A DNA stretch of 64,000 bases, taken from NCBI GenBank assembly GCA_038209745.1, contig JBBQXJ010000002.1, forward strand, positions 30,119-94,118, given 5' to 3'. Origin of the DNA: Verrucomicrobiota bacterium (GTDB lineage: Bacteria > Verrucomicrobiota > Verrucomicrobiia > Limisphaerales > CANJSG01). The notes beneath the pieces are model-generated. The model saw only the letters and a program-made list of their open reading frames with translations. It was not told the origin of the DNA and ran no database searches. The translations under genes were made by a program, and so were the position numbers. Positions 9,119 through 17,778 of the stretch are shown here, piece after piece. Positions within the stretch are counted from its first letter, which is position 1. The number at the start of each line of letters is the position of its first letter.

Positions 9119-10006
9119 ATGCGCTTCTTTCTCTTGCTGACGTTCCTGGTGGCTCTGGGTTCCGTTGCGGTTGGGGCCGACGCTCCGCCCTCGTTCCCGC
9201 TCTGGCCGAACGGCGCGCCAGGCGCGCTCGGCACGGCGGAGAAAGACATTCCCTCATTGACGGTGTTCCTGCCCGAGCCGGCCAAGGCGACCGGCGCGGC
9301 GATGGTGATCTGTCCCGGCGGCGGATACGCGCATCTGGCGGACCATGAGGGGAGCGGCTATGCGCGCTGGCTGGCGCGAAACGGCGTGGCCGGTTTCGTC
9401 CTGAAGTATCGGCTCGGCGCAGCTGATGGCTACCATCATCCGGCCATGTTGGACGACTCGGCTCGGGCGTTGCGCATCGTCCGCAGCCGGGCGGCGGAAT
9501 GGAACGTGGATCCGAAGCGGATCGGGATCATGGGATCCTCGGCCGGCGGGCATTTGGCGGCGTCGCTGCTGACCCATTGGGACGAGGGCAACGTGGATGC
9601 GACGGATCCCGTCGAGAGAGTCAGCAGCCGTCCCGATGTGGGAGTCTTGTGCTATGCGGTGATCACCATGGGACCGCAGACCCACTCCGGTTCTAAAAAG
9701 AACCTGTTGGGCGACAATCCTCCCGATCAGTTGGTTGAGCTCATGTCGAACGAGCTCCACGTGGACGAGAAGACGCCGCCGACCTTCCTCTGGAGCACGG
9801 GCGACGACAACGTGGTCAAAGTGGCGAACTCGATGGCGTTCGCTGCGGCATTGAGCAAGGCCAAGGTCCCCTTCGAGCTGCACGTCTTCCAGAGCGGTCC
9901 GCACGGGCTCGGCCTCGGTGTGAAGAACGGAGACCTGGACGGTCCTTTGCTGCCATGGACGACCCACTGTCTGACATGGCTCCGGCTGCAGCGGTTTGTG
10001 AAGTAG
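9119..10006 (+). CDS. secreted alpha/beta hydrolase (acetyl xylan esterase / BD-FAE-like)
   Basis: Signal peptide; CPGGGY, GSSAGGHL nucleophile elbow, DDNVV, HGLG. Confidence 0.88.
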   Translation: MRFFLLLTFLVALGSVAVGADAPPSFPLWPNGAPGALGTAEKDIPSLTVFLPEPAKATGAAMVICPGGGYAHLADHEGSGYARWLARNGVAGFVLKYRLGAADGYHHPAMLDDSARALRIVRSRAAEWNVDPKRIGIMGSSAGGHLAASLLTHWDEGNVDATDPVERVSSRPDVGVLCYAVITMGPQTHSGSKKNLLGDNPPDQLVELMSNELHVDEKTPPTFLWSTGDDNVVKVANSMAFAAALSKAKVPFELHVFQSGPHGLGLGVKNGDLDGPLLPWTTHCLTWLRLQRFVK

Positions 10007-10021
10007 CCGGTCGATGTCTCG

Positions 10022-10537
10022 ATGCAAAAGGTCACGATCCACACCGACGGCGGTTGTCAGGGCAATCCCGGTCCGGGAGGTTGGGGCGCGGTGTTGGCCT
10101 GCGGATCCCATCGGAAGCAATTGAGCGGCGGCGTGCCGGCGACGACCAACAACCGGATGGAGTTGCAGGCGGCGATCGAGGCGTTGGCCGTCCTGAACAC
10201 GCCCTGTGAAATCGAGTTCTTCACCGATTCTAACTATCTGAAGGACGGAGTGACCCAATGGATCTCAGGTTGGAAGCGGAACGGTTGGAAGACCAAGGCG
10301 AAGGCGCCGGTGAAGAACGAGGATCTTTGGCGGCGACTGGACACGCTGTTGGCCCCGCACAAGGTCACATGGCGTTGGCTAAAAGGCCACGCGGGACATT
10401 CCGGCAACGAGCACTGTGACCAATTGGCGACGGTGGCCATCGAGGCGATCCGCCGACAACATTCTCCCGAGGCACTGAAGCGACTTCTGGTGGGCTTCAA
10501 GGAAAGCCAAGATCCGAACGGCGCGGCCGCGCCATGA
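10022..10537 (+). CDS. rnhA: ribonuclease HI
   Basis: TDGGCQGNPGPGGWG, TTNNRMEL, TDS, WLKGHAGH..NEHCDQLA with all catalytic acids present. Confidence 0.97.
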   Translation: MQKVTIHTDGGCQGNPGPGGWGAVLACGSHRKQLSGGVPATTNNRMELQAAIEALAVLNTPCEIEFFTDSNYLKDGVTQWISGWKRNGWKTKAKAPVKNEDLWRRLDTLLAPHKVTWRWLKGHAGHSGNEHCDQLATVAIEAIRRQHSPEALKRLLVGFKESQDPNGAAAP

Positions 10538-10547
10538 GGGCAGTGGG

Positions 10548-10757
10548 CTATTCGGTCGGCTCCAGAGGGTTGTCCGGGGTCAACAGCACGGCGCCTTTGA
10601 GCAGGCGGCAGAAATCCTTTTTGCTGGTGTGTTGATGCGCGCCGTCCGTGGTGTGGAGCTTTCGGAGGGTCTTATAGCGCACCTCCAGCCGCTCAAGCTG
10701 CGTGATGCGGATGTATTGGCCGTCCTGTTTCCAGACTTGGCCTTGGCGGAGTTTCAT
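10548..10757 (-). CDS. small basic hypothetical protein (GQxWK family)
   Basis: 69 aa, ATG start, normal codon usage; resembles the divergent neighbour at 11028. Confidence 0.7.
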   Translation of the reverse strand: MKLRQGQVWKQDGQYIRITQLERLEVRYKTLRKLHTTDGAHQHTSKKDFCRLLKGAVLLTPDNPLEPTE

Positions 10758-11027
10758 CGTCAGAACCTATTCGATGGTTGGTGCCGGGTGCGAGTGTGAT
10801 TCCGGATACAGAACAGGACCGATCCTAGCGGAGATGGGAAAGAATGGCCCAAACATTCGGTGAGACAATGGGGCGCACATTGAGAAGGGCGGTCAATTCG
10901 TTGGAGGGGGAGATCAAGTTGGTGAGTGTTCATCTATAAGGTTTTACAAATTCTATACCCCCTAGGAACAAGTCGGTGGTTGTTTTTTTTTCGCGGGTTT
11001 GTTACAAAACCACCCTGCCGAATTTTT

Positions 11028-11417
11028 ATGAAACTTAACAAACGCAGCCGACTTCCGTCTCTTGCAAAGGGCCAACTCTGGAAAATGGATGATAAGCACC
11101 TCGAAATCATGGAGGTGGGCAAGACGTTGACGCACTATCGACTCTTTTCGAACCAGAAGCGTGTGCCGATCAGTCTCGGTGGTATTCAGACCGTTCAAGA
11201 TTATCTGCGGAACAACAAGGCAGAGCTGATTCGCCCGGCAAATCCTCCGGTTGTCCCCAAGACTGCGGTGGTCAAAACCCCGGTGGCGGCCAAAACTCCG
11301 GGAGTGGTCAAAACTCCGGTGGCGGTTAAAACCCCGGTAGTGGTCAAAACTCCGGTAGTGGTTAAAACCCCGGTGGTGGTTAAAACGCCGGTGGCGGCCA
11401 AGGCCAAGGCGGCCTGA
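11028..11417 (+). CDS. small basic protein, GQxWK domain plus KTPVVV histone-like repeat tail
   Basis: ATG at 11028 after an AT-rich leader; LAKGQLWK domain; about 8 hexapeptide repeats with synonymous variation; followed by a terminator. Confidence 0.75.
   Translation: MKLNKRSRLPSLAKGQLWKMDDKHLEIMEVGKTLTHYRLFSNQKRVPISLGGIQTVQDYLRNNKAELIRPANPPVVPKTAVVKTPVAAKTPGVVKTPVAVKTPVVVKTPVVVKTPVVVKTPVAAKAKAA
11259..11400 (+). repeat. coding 18-bp tandem repeat (KTPVVV-like, ~8 units)
   Basis: AAAACYCCGGTRGYGGTY units in frame. Confidence 0.9.
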
Positions 11418-11445
11418 TCGACGGTAGACAAAGGTTCATTTTCAA

Positions 11446-11475
11446 AAGGCCGGCAGCGAAAACGCTGCCGGCCTT
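11446..11475. terminator. probable bidirectional intrinsic terminator
   Basis: AAGGCCGGCAGCG-AAAA-CGCTGCCGGCCTT perfect 13-bp stem between convergent genes. Confidence 0.8.
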
Positions 11476-11506
11476 CTAGTTTCGAAACAAGGCCGATGCG
11501 GGGCCT

Positions 11507-12478
11507 CTATAGCAGGAAACTTAAGAGACCACAGACGGCTCCCGCCAGCCAGAGGACGGCCACAGCCGCCGGTTTGGACAGGCCGGCCCGGACCAGACGA
11601 TGGGAAAGGTGGTTGGTGTCGCCGATCCAGAAGGGCCTGCCTTTGAGGGTGCGGAACGCGACGACGCTCAGGAGATCGAGCAGTGGCACAGCAAGAACCA
11701 GAAGCGGGCTGAAGACCGCAAAGCGGTCGGGCGTCTTTGCGGTGTAGAAGTGGGGCGCAATCGCCATCACGGCCAGCAGGTAACCTACGAGGTGGCTGCC
11801 GGAATCTCCCAGAAACGCGGAGGCCTTGGGGTAGTTGTGGGGAATGAACCCGGCGGTCGCCCCGGCGAACAGAAACGCGAGGGTGGCCACCAAATACTGG
11901 CCTTTGGTGGCGGCATGGAAGCCGAAGAGCAGGGATCCGATCGCTCCGACTCCGCTGCAGAGGCCATTCATGTTGTCCATGAAGTTCACCGCGTTGGTTA
12001 CGGTCAGGATCCACAAGATCGTGATTCCGTAGCTGAAGATCGGGTTGCCCACGAACAGGGTGATGCGGACGCCCGCAGCGGCGACCATGAGCGCGACGGC
12101 GAATTGTCCGGCGAATTTCAGGAGAGGATCCAGTTCGATCCGATCGTCGAGCAATCCCAGCAGCAGCATCCCGATGGCCCCGCCGACGATGGCGCAGAGC
12201 TGGAGGGCGCGTTGGCCGAACCCGTAGGTGAACGCTTCCAAGGAATCGGTGCCGACCGCGACGAGCAATGCGGCGATCAGCGGCACGATCACGCCGGTCA
12301 ACACCGCCAGTCCGCCGGCGAGCGGAGTGGGTGTCGTATGGATCTTTCGATGGCCGGGGTCGTCGACCAGGTTCTTGCTCCGGCACCAAGGACACCAAAC
12401 CGGCAGCGAACCCCAGGCGATGATAGCGCCGGCCAGAAACGCGGCCGCGTAGTATCCGATGGGAAACGGTAGGTTCAC
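11507..12478 (-). CDS. MraY/WecA family polyprenyl-phosphate sugar-1-phosphate transferase
   Basis: RKIH..TPLAGG, GLLDD, NAVNFMDNMNGL, FLGDSGS, HLSHRL. Confidence 0.92.
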   Translation of the reverse strand: MNLPFPIGYYAAAFLAGAIIAWGSLPVWCPWCRSKNLVDDPGHRKIHTTPTPLAGGLAVLTGVIVPLIAALLVAVGTDSLEAFTYGFGQRALQLCAIVGGAIGMLLLGLLDDRIELDPLLKFAGQFAVALMVAAAGVRITLFVGNPIFSYGITILWILTVTNAVNFMDNMNGLCSGVGAIGSLLFGFHAATKGQYLVATLAFLFAGATAGFIPHNYPKASAFLGDSGSHLVGYLLAVMAIAPHFYTAKTPDRFAVFSPLLVLAVPLLDLLSVVAFRTLKGRPFWIGDTNHLSHRLVRAGLSKPAAVAVLWLAGAVCGLLSFLL

Positions 12479-13671
12479 AATGCGGGGGCGGATCGAAGCG
12501 GTCGGGTCTTCTCCGCAGTGTTCGCCATGAGATCGAGATACAGCCTGTGAAGCGAGGCGACCATTTTCTCCACCGAGAACTGTTCCCGGACCAGGGCTTG
12601 GCCGGCGAATCCCAGACGCTGCCGGAGCTCCGGTGATCGGGCCAGCCGTTCCAAGCTCCCGGACAGGCCCGGGAGATCACCGGCCCGGAGCAGGAATCCG
12701 GTCTGTCCGTCGAGGCAGACTTCACGGGCGCCGTCGCAGTCGAACGCGATGGCGGGTTTTCCCGCAGCGAGAGCTTGGGGTATGGCTCGGGGAAGGCCTT
12801 CGCGCCGGGAAAGATGCACCAGGGCGTCCATGATGCCGACGTAGCGATGGACTTGTGCGGGGGGAACCAATCCGGTGAAGGCGAACCGGTCGCGGAGCCC
12901 CAGATCGGTGGCGAGGGTTTCGAACCTCGCCCGATGGACGCCGTCCCCGACGAAGAGGAATTTCAGTTCGGGAATCCGCTTCATCAACCCGGGCGCGATG
13001 GCGAACAAATCGTCGTGGCCTTTGAGATCGAAGAGCCGTGCGATTTTGCCCACGACGAAATCGGTCGGCTGGAGGCCCAACGATCGTCGCAGGTTCAGGT
13101 CGTTCGGAGCGGAGAGAAACGGTGCCAGATCGAAGCCGCTGCGGATGGTGGTGTATTGGTCGAGTCGGCCGATGCCAGCGGCAAGGTATTGGTCGCGCAT
13201 GGCATCGGCCACGACGACGAAATGGTCGGTCGATCTGCCGGCATGCCGTTCGGCCCGAGAGAAGACGAAGTTGGAAAGGGCTCCCTGAAACGGGCCAAAG
13301 GACGGGCCGTGGATCGTGTGGACAACGACCGGAATCTGGGCGTCGTGCGCGGCAAGTCGCCCAATGATTCCGGCTTTCCCCGAATGGGTGTGGACGATGT
13401 CCGGATGTTCGGTGCGGAAGATCTGTTTCAGCGCCTGGTAAGCTAGCACGTCGTGGATCGGGGCAACGGGACGAACCAAGTGGGGCTGGATCCGCAGTAG
13501 ATTTGGCCGCGTGACGAAGGAGTGCTCCAACGAACCCTCAGGTCCATCCGAAGGGCCCGAGATCAGATCGCAGGAGACGCCAGGGATTTCTGCCAGGCCC
13601 AGAACCGATGATATCGTGTTCTCCTGCGCGCCGCCCACGATCAGACGGGTGATGACGTGGGTGGCGCGCAT
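12475..13671 (-). CDS. GT4 family glycosyltransferase
   Basis: HVITRLIVGGAQ, VHTHSGKAG, HLSRREGLPRAIPQALAAGKP; overlaps the downstream gene by 4 nt. Confidence 0.92.
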   Translation of the reverse strand: MRATHVITRLIVGGAQENTISSVLGLAEIPGVSCDLISGPSDGPEGSLEHSFVTRPNLLRIQPHLVRPVAPIHDVLAYQALKQIFRTEHPDIVHTHSGKAGIIGRLAAHDAQIPVVVHTIHGPSFGPFQGALSNFVFSRAERHAGRSTDHFVVVADAMRDQYLAAGIGRLDQYTTIRSGFDLAPFLSAPNDLNLRRSLGLQPTDFVVGKIARLFDLKGHDDLFAIAPGLMKRIPELKFLFVGDGVHRARFETLATDLGLRDRFAFTGLVPPAQVHRYVGIMDALVHLSRREGLPRAIPQALAAGKPAIAFDCDGAREVCLDGQTGFLLRAGDLPGLSGSLERLARSPELRQRLGFAGQALVREQFSVEKMVASLHRLYLDLMANTAEKTRPLRSAPAL

Positions 13672-13677
13672 CGCCGG

Positions 13678-16560
13678 TCAGCGCGATTTTTTCAGCTCGT
13701 TCAATTGCGCCTTCATGAGGCCGTATTCGCTGGTTCCGCGCGGTGCGTTGGCCAAATAGAGCTCGATCTGTTTGCTGGCTTCCTTGGTGTCTTTTTGGAA
13801 CATCGCCACGCCGGAAAGGCCGAAATAGGCTTCATAAACGGGTTTGTCCGCGACTTTCAAGAGGCGCTCATATTCGGTTTTGGCTTCGGGATACCGTTGT
13901 AGGCGGAAGAGCGCGATAGCCCGGTTTTGAATGGCGGGAAGACTATTCGGATTGGTCGCCAGCACCGCGTCCAAGGGAGCCAATGCCTCAGGAAAGCGTT
14001 TGGCTCCGATCAATAGAGCCGCCTTGTCCAGGAGCACGTTTTCGTTTTTTGGATCAAGAGCGATGCGCTGGTCTATCTCCTTGAGAGCGCGCTCCAATTG
14101 CCCGGTCTTGAGGTAGTAGTCCGTTAGCAGCTTCTCCAACGCGATGCTGTTCCGGTTCTTGGCCAGCGCGTTTTTCAGGAGTGTCTCACCAGCGGAAATG
14201 TCTCCTCTCGAAGCGAGCGCGAGCGACTCGACGTTGATCAGCAGCACATTCTGGTCGCCTGTGATCTTTGCGTCGCTCTCTCTTATGCCCCGGACAATCT
14301 TCAGGCTCTCGTCCGGCTGTTGAAGATCCAATCGTGTCATGGACAGGGCGATCTGGACGTCGACCTTGGCGGGGTCGAGCTCCAATGCCCGAGAAAGGTG
14401 AATCAGGCTTTGACGAAGATTGTTGCCCTGGGCGAGCACCGATCCAAACCTCGTGAGGCCCAACGGTTCATCCATGAGTCCGAAGGCATTCACCGCCGTC
14501 TGCAACGAGGCTGGATCGTCGATAATGCTCTTCCATGACGAATTCGGAGCAGGGACGGGACTGCCGGAGTTTTGGAGGTGCTTGTTGAATGCCAGTGTTG
14601 CTTCGGCGGCCGCATTGCCAGGGTTTTCCGCATCCAACGGATTCGCCGGGTGCAGCCCCACGGCGACATTCAATGCGACTTGCGCCTGCTTGAGTTTGCC
14701 GAGTTTTTGAAGGGTCACGCCCCAATCCGTCAGCTCGCGTGAGAAGATCTGTTTCAAGTATCCGGCGTCGACGTTCGAGAGGCCCTCCGTTGTCAGCAAA
14801 AGGCTCAACACGTCGTCGTTCACCTTGTCCCAATAGGCGGAGGTCGACACGATGGCGGCGTCGGAGACGGGCGGTGGTAGCAGCTGCCCCTGGGTATACG
14901 GCACCATCTCATAGACTCCGCCATGGGGAACCGCATGAAACGCCTCGAAAAAATATCCAAAGCTGGGATGGAGATAGAAGACCGGCATCCGCTTCTGGAT
15001 TTCCAGGACGCTGTTTAGGATCGGCGGGTCATCGTAGGATTGGGTCAGGATGGCGTTGGTGGGCCAGACATCCGCGAGGTCGGGGTATCGTTGGATCAAC
15101 TTCGCGATGGAATTGGTTAAGCCCAGCGTCGAGGTGTAGAGCAGCGCATCGTGCCGGACCTTGCCGGACTTTTGCATCGCGGCCTCGAGCAGGATCAGGC
15201 GGCCGCCGTCGTCGCTCAGGATGGCCGAAGCCTTGTCAGGCAATGAATCGATCTTAGCTGTCAAAGTCCGCAGCAGGGCGGGACCGTTGGTGAAGGCGAT
15301 CGACCGGGCGGACTGCACGACCAGCACGACGGGAGACGCCAGCGCAGCCAGAAGCACGAGGTATCCCGCGGTCTTGCCGATCATCCGGCCGACCGGTTTG
15401 GTCCGTTGCCAGCGGGACTCGGGATCGGTCAACAGGACCAGGAGCACGTATCCGAGGAAGTAGCCGACGGTGAGGGCCGTCAGGTAGTAGAAGGAAAGAT
15501 AGGGAAACAGCCGGTAACCGAGTTCGAACGGGCCGAACGGAAGGGCGAAGGATCCCGCGATACCGGCCGCCACAAACACGACGCCCGCCACAACGAAGAG
15601 AAACGCGAGCAAGTTGCGGCCGATCGAACTGGTCTCGGTGCTGAGCGACGGCCAGCGGAACCCGATCAGAACCAAAGGAACGAGCGACGTCATGCTCATC
15701 AAGATCAGACGCAGCCGCAAAACGGTGATAGAGGTGAACGGAAGGAGGATTATCTGGTGTTGAGTTGCCAGATTCGTCTTCAGCGCGGTCCAGAAAGTGA
15801 CGCCATCGGCGCCTTTGGCGGCTGCGACGATGGGCAGCAACAGATAGAGGCTCAGGCCGACGACCCCGAAAAGAGTCATCCGGGCGAGAAAGGGAAACTG
15901 GAAGAACTTAAGGCCTCGGATCCAGATCAGGGATCCGAGGAACAACGGGGAAAAGCCAATCATTGCGGCGTTGTTTGTCACTCCGACTCCGTAGGCCAGC
16001 GCCAGGCAGTTCAACCATCGGTCCTTGCCGTTGAGCCGGTATTCCATGAGGCATCGGATGCAGAAGGCAAAGACCAGCAGGTCCAACATTTCGCCGGTCA
16101 GCACGGTCGCGTGTTCCCAGAACCTGAGCTGGAAAGCGCAGACCATCGCCGCCACCAGGGGGGGCGCCCAGGCGAGAGGGACCGAGAGGAGCCCTTTCTC
16201 ATGGGATTCACGATTGCGCTGATCACGGGTGCGGTCGTGGGGGAAAATCGAGACCGTGCGGACCAATTGGGCGAGCGTGAGAGCCGCCAGAACTGCTGAA
16301 AGCAGATTCATCGCGAGGAACTGGAAGGAACCCCCGAGCATTGAAACGGGTCGCGTCAACAGCCATAGGAGCGGCCGGGTCGTCTGGGAATACGGCTCCC
16401 AACCGGCCACTTCGTTCGCCGATTGCAGGCTGGAAAGGCTGACGAACGTATTCAGGGTCGCCAAGTAGATCCCTAATGCGACCAGGGCGATGATCCACGG
16501 GAGGGAGCTGAAGAGACGGAATGGCTTCTGCATAGACGTTGCGGTTGCTTCGGAGTTCAT
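13678..16560 (-). CDS. DUF2723/TMEM260-like polytopic membrane protein with C-terminal TPR repeats
   Basis: IYLATL..V, NLLSAVLAA, FWEHAT, GLSLYLLLPI membrane motifs as recalled for DUF2723, followed by several TPR-like repeats. Confidence 0.7.
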   Translation of the reverse strand: MNSEATATSMQKPFRLFSSLPWIIALVALGIYLATLNTFVSLSSLQSANEVAGWEPYSQTTRPLLWLLTRPVSMLGGSFQFLAMNLLSAVLAALTLAQLVRTVSIFPHDRTRDQRNRESHEKGLLSVPLAWAPPLVAAMVCAFQLRFWEHATVLTGEMLDLLVFAFCIRCLMEYRLNGKDRWLNCLALAYGVGVTNNAAMIGFSPLFLGSLIWIRGLKFFQFPFLARMTLFGVVGLSLYLLLPIVAAAKGADGVTFWTALKTNLATQHQIILLPFTSITVLRLRLILMSMTSLVPLVLIGFRWPSLSTETSSIGRNLLAFLFVVAGVVFVAAGIAGSFALPFGPFELGYRLFPYLSFYYLTALTVGYFLGYVLLVLLTDPESRWQRTKPVGRMIGKTAGYLVLLAALASPVVLVVQSARSIAFTNGPALLRTLTAKIDSLPDKASAILSDDGGRLILLEAAMQKSGKVRHDALLYTSTLGLTNSIAKLIQRYPDLADVWPTNAILTQSYDDPPILNSVLEIQKRMPVFYLHPSFGYFFEAFHAVPHGGVYEMVPYTQGQLLPPPVSDAAIVSTSAYWDKVNDDVLSLLLTTEGLSNVDAGYLKQIFSRELTDWGVTLQKLGKLKQAQVALNVAVGLHPANPLDAENPGNAAAEATLAFNKHLQNSGSPVPAPNSSWKSIIDDPASLQTAVNAFGLMDEPLGLTRFGSVLAQGNNLRQSLIHLSRALELDPAKVDVQIALSMTRLDLQQPDESLKIVRGIRESDAKITGDQNVLLINVESLALASRGDISAGETLLKNALAKNRNSIALEKLLTDYYLKTGQLERALKEIDQRIALDPKNENVLLDKAALLIGAKRFPEALAPLDAVLATNPNSLPAIQNRAIALFRLQRYPEAKTEYERLLKVADKPVYEAYFGLSGVAMFQKDTKEASKQIELYLANAPRGTSEYGLMKAQLNELKKSR

Positions 16561-16635
16561 CCGATGCGCTGGACGGTTGGCAAGCCTCCCGGCACTCCAT
16601 TTGGATTGTTTTGCAGGCCGAGACCGGCACGTGGT

Positions 16636-17778
16636 TCACCGCATCTGATCCGACAGATTCCCGGTGTAGCCGGTCAATTCCAGAAAGGCGGACCCGATCA
16701 CCGCACCGGTGGCGTCCTGCACACGACAGGCACCCTCCCAATAGGCGATCCCTCCCAAAGTGCCGGTCAGTTCCTGGTCGGGGGCCAAGGGGACCAGCGT
16801 CAAGACGCGTTTCGGGACCTCGTCCAAAACCGTCAATCGGACGGTGGCGGGGTAGCTCGCTCCAGTAGCCGCGCTCCGCCATCGGCCGACGGGCTTCCAG
16901 TCGAACTTGTCGGCGGGAACTTGCGAAACGCGTCCCGCTCGATCGATTCGGGCCAAGGTCGAAAAGCGGTCGATTCCGCCATCTTTCCTTCGAAGGACGT
17001 AGGCCATCAACTCGGTGCCGTCGTCGAACTGCACCGCGGTCCAGTCCCAGCCGGCTTGTCCAGAGTCGAGCTGGCTGGAGCTGATCTCATGGTCCATCCA
17101 AGAGAGCCCCGAGACGGCGAAGCTTTCGCCATCCAGTTGCACCGTGCCGGTCGTCTCCAGACGCGTGAACGTGAGGTAGTGGCTGGAGGCCGTCGGGTCG
17201 GCTCCTTTTCGGGAAATGCCGTCGGTGCCGAAGACGACCAGCGGCTTCGACGGCTTCAGCCGGAGGTGGAAGGCCGCTTCGCCGTGGAGGCCGCCGTTCA
17301 ACGACATCTCTTCGGTCACGGCGTTGGTCATCGCCAACCGCCACGGGCCGTTGAAGACGTCGAGCGATGTGGTCGAGGATCCTGCATCCCAGCCGCCCCG
17401 GTTGATCCGTTCCTGGTTCAGGAACGTCCCGGACTGGGCGTCCAACACCGCCATGTGGGCGAGATAGAGTTGGCGGTCCGTCGATGCATCCTCGTTCTTA
17501 CGAAGAGGGGCGGCACGGCGGAAGAAGGTCGCTTGATAACCGAAGCGTCGACCTTTTTCCGTGAACAGATGCCCGGTCACGTACCACCACTCGATCTTGA
17601 ATCCCGGATGGCTGCCGTGGTCGCGAGGGAAGACGAACTTCCTCCCGGGCTGCGGCACTTCAAATCCGTCGGAAGTCTTCCTGGGCAACTCCTGCGCGGA
17701 GATGGACGCGGTCCAGCCGAGTCCCATCAGGACGGCCAGCAGAATTCTTCCGAAAGTCTTTCTCATCGCCGTTTTCAT
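16636..17778 (-). CDS. AttH/CrtC-like secreted lipocalin-fold protein
   Basis: FPRDHGSHP..EWWYVTGHL, SWMDHE, GWDW, YWEG, ELTGY; ATGA overlap with the permease. Confidence 0.88.
   Translation of the reverse strand: MKTAMRKTFGRILLAVLMGLGWTASISAQELPRKTSDGFEVPQPGRKFVFPRDHGSHPGFKIEWWYVTGHLFTEKGRRFGYQATFFRRAAPLRKNEDASTDRQLYLAHMAVLDAQSGTFLNQERINRGGWDAGSSTTSLDVFNGPWRLAMTNAVTEEMSLNGGLHGEAAFHLRLKPSKPLVVFGTDGISRKGADPTASSHYLTFTRLETTGTVQLDGESFAVSGLSWMDHEISSSQLDSGQAGWDWTAVQFDDGTELMAYVLRRKDGGIDRFSTLARIDRAGRVSQVPADKFDWKPVGRWRSAATGASYPATVRLTVLDEVPKRVLTLVPLAPDQELTGTLGGIAYWEGACRVQDATGAVIGSAFLELTGYTGNLSDQMR

Noticed and set aside
11259-11400. Possible CRISPR or non-coding repeat array
   Set aside because: Units are contiguous 18-mers without spacers, in frame, with synonymous variation; no cas genes present.
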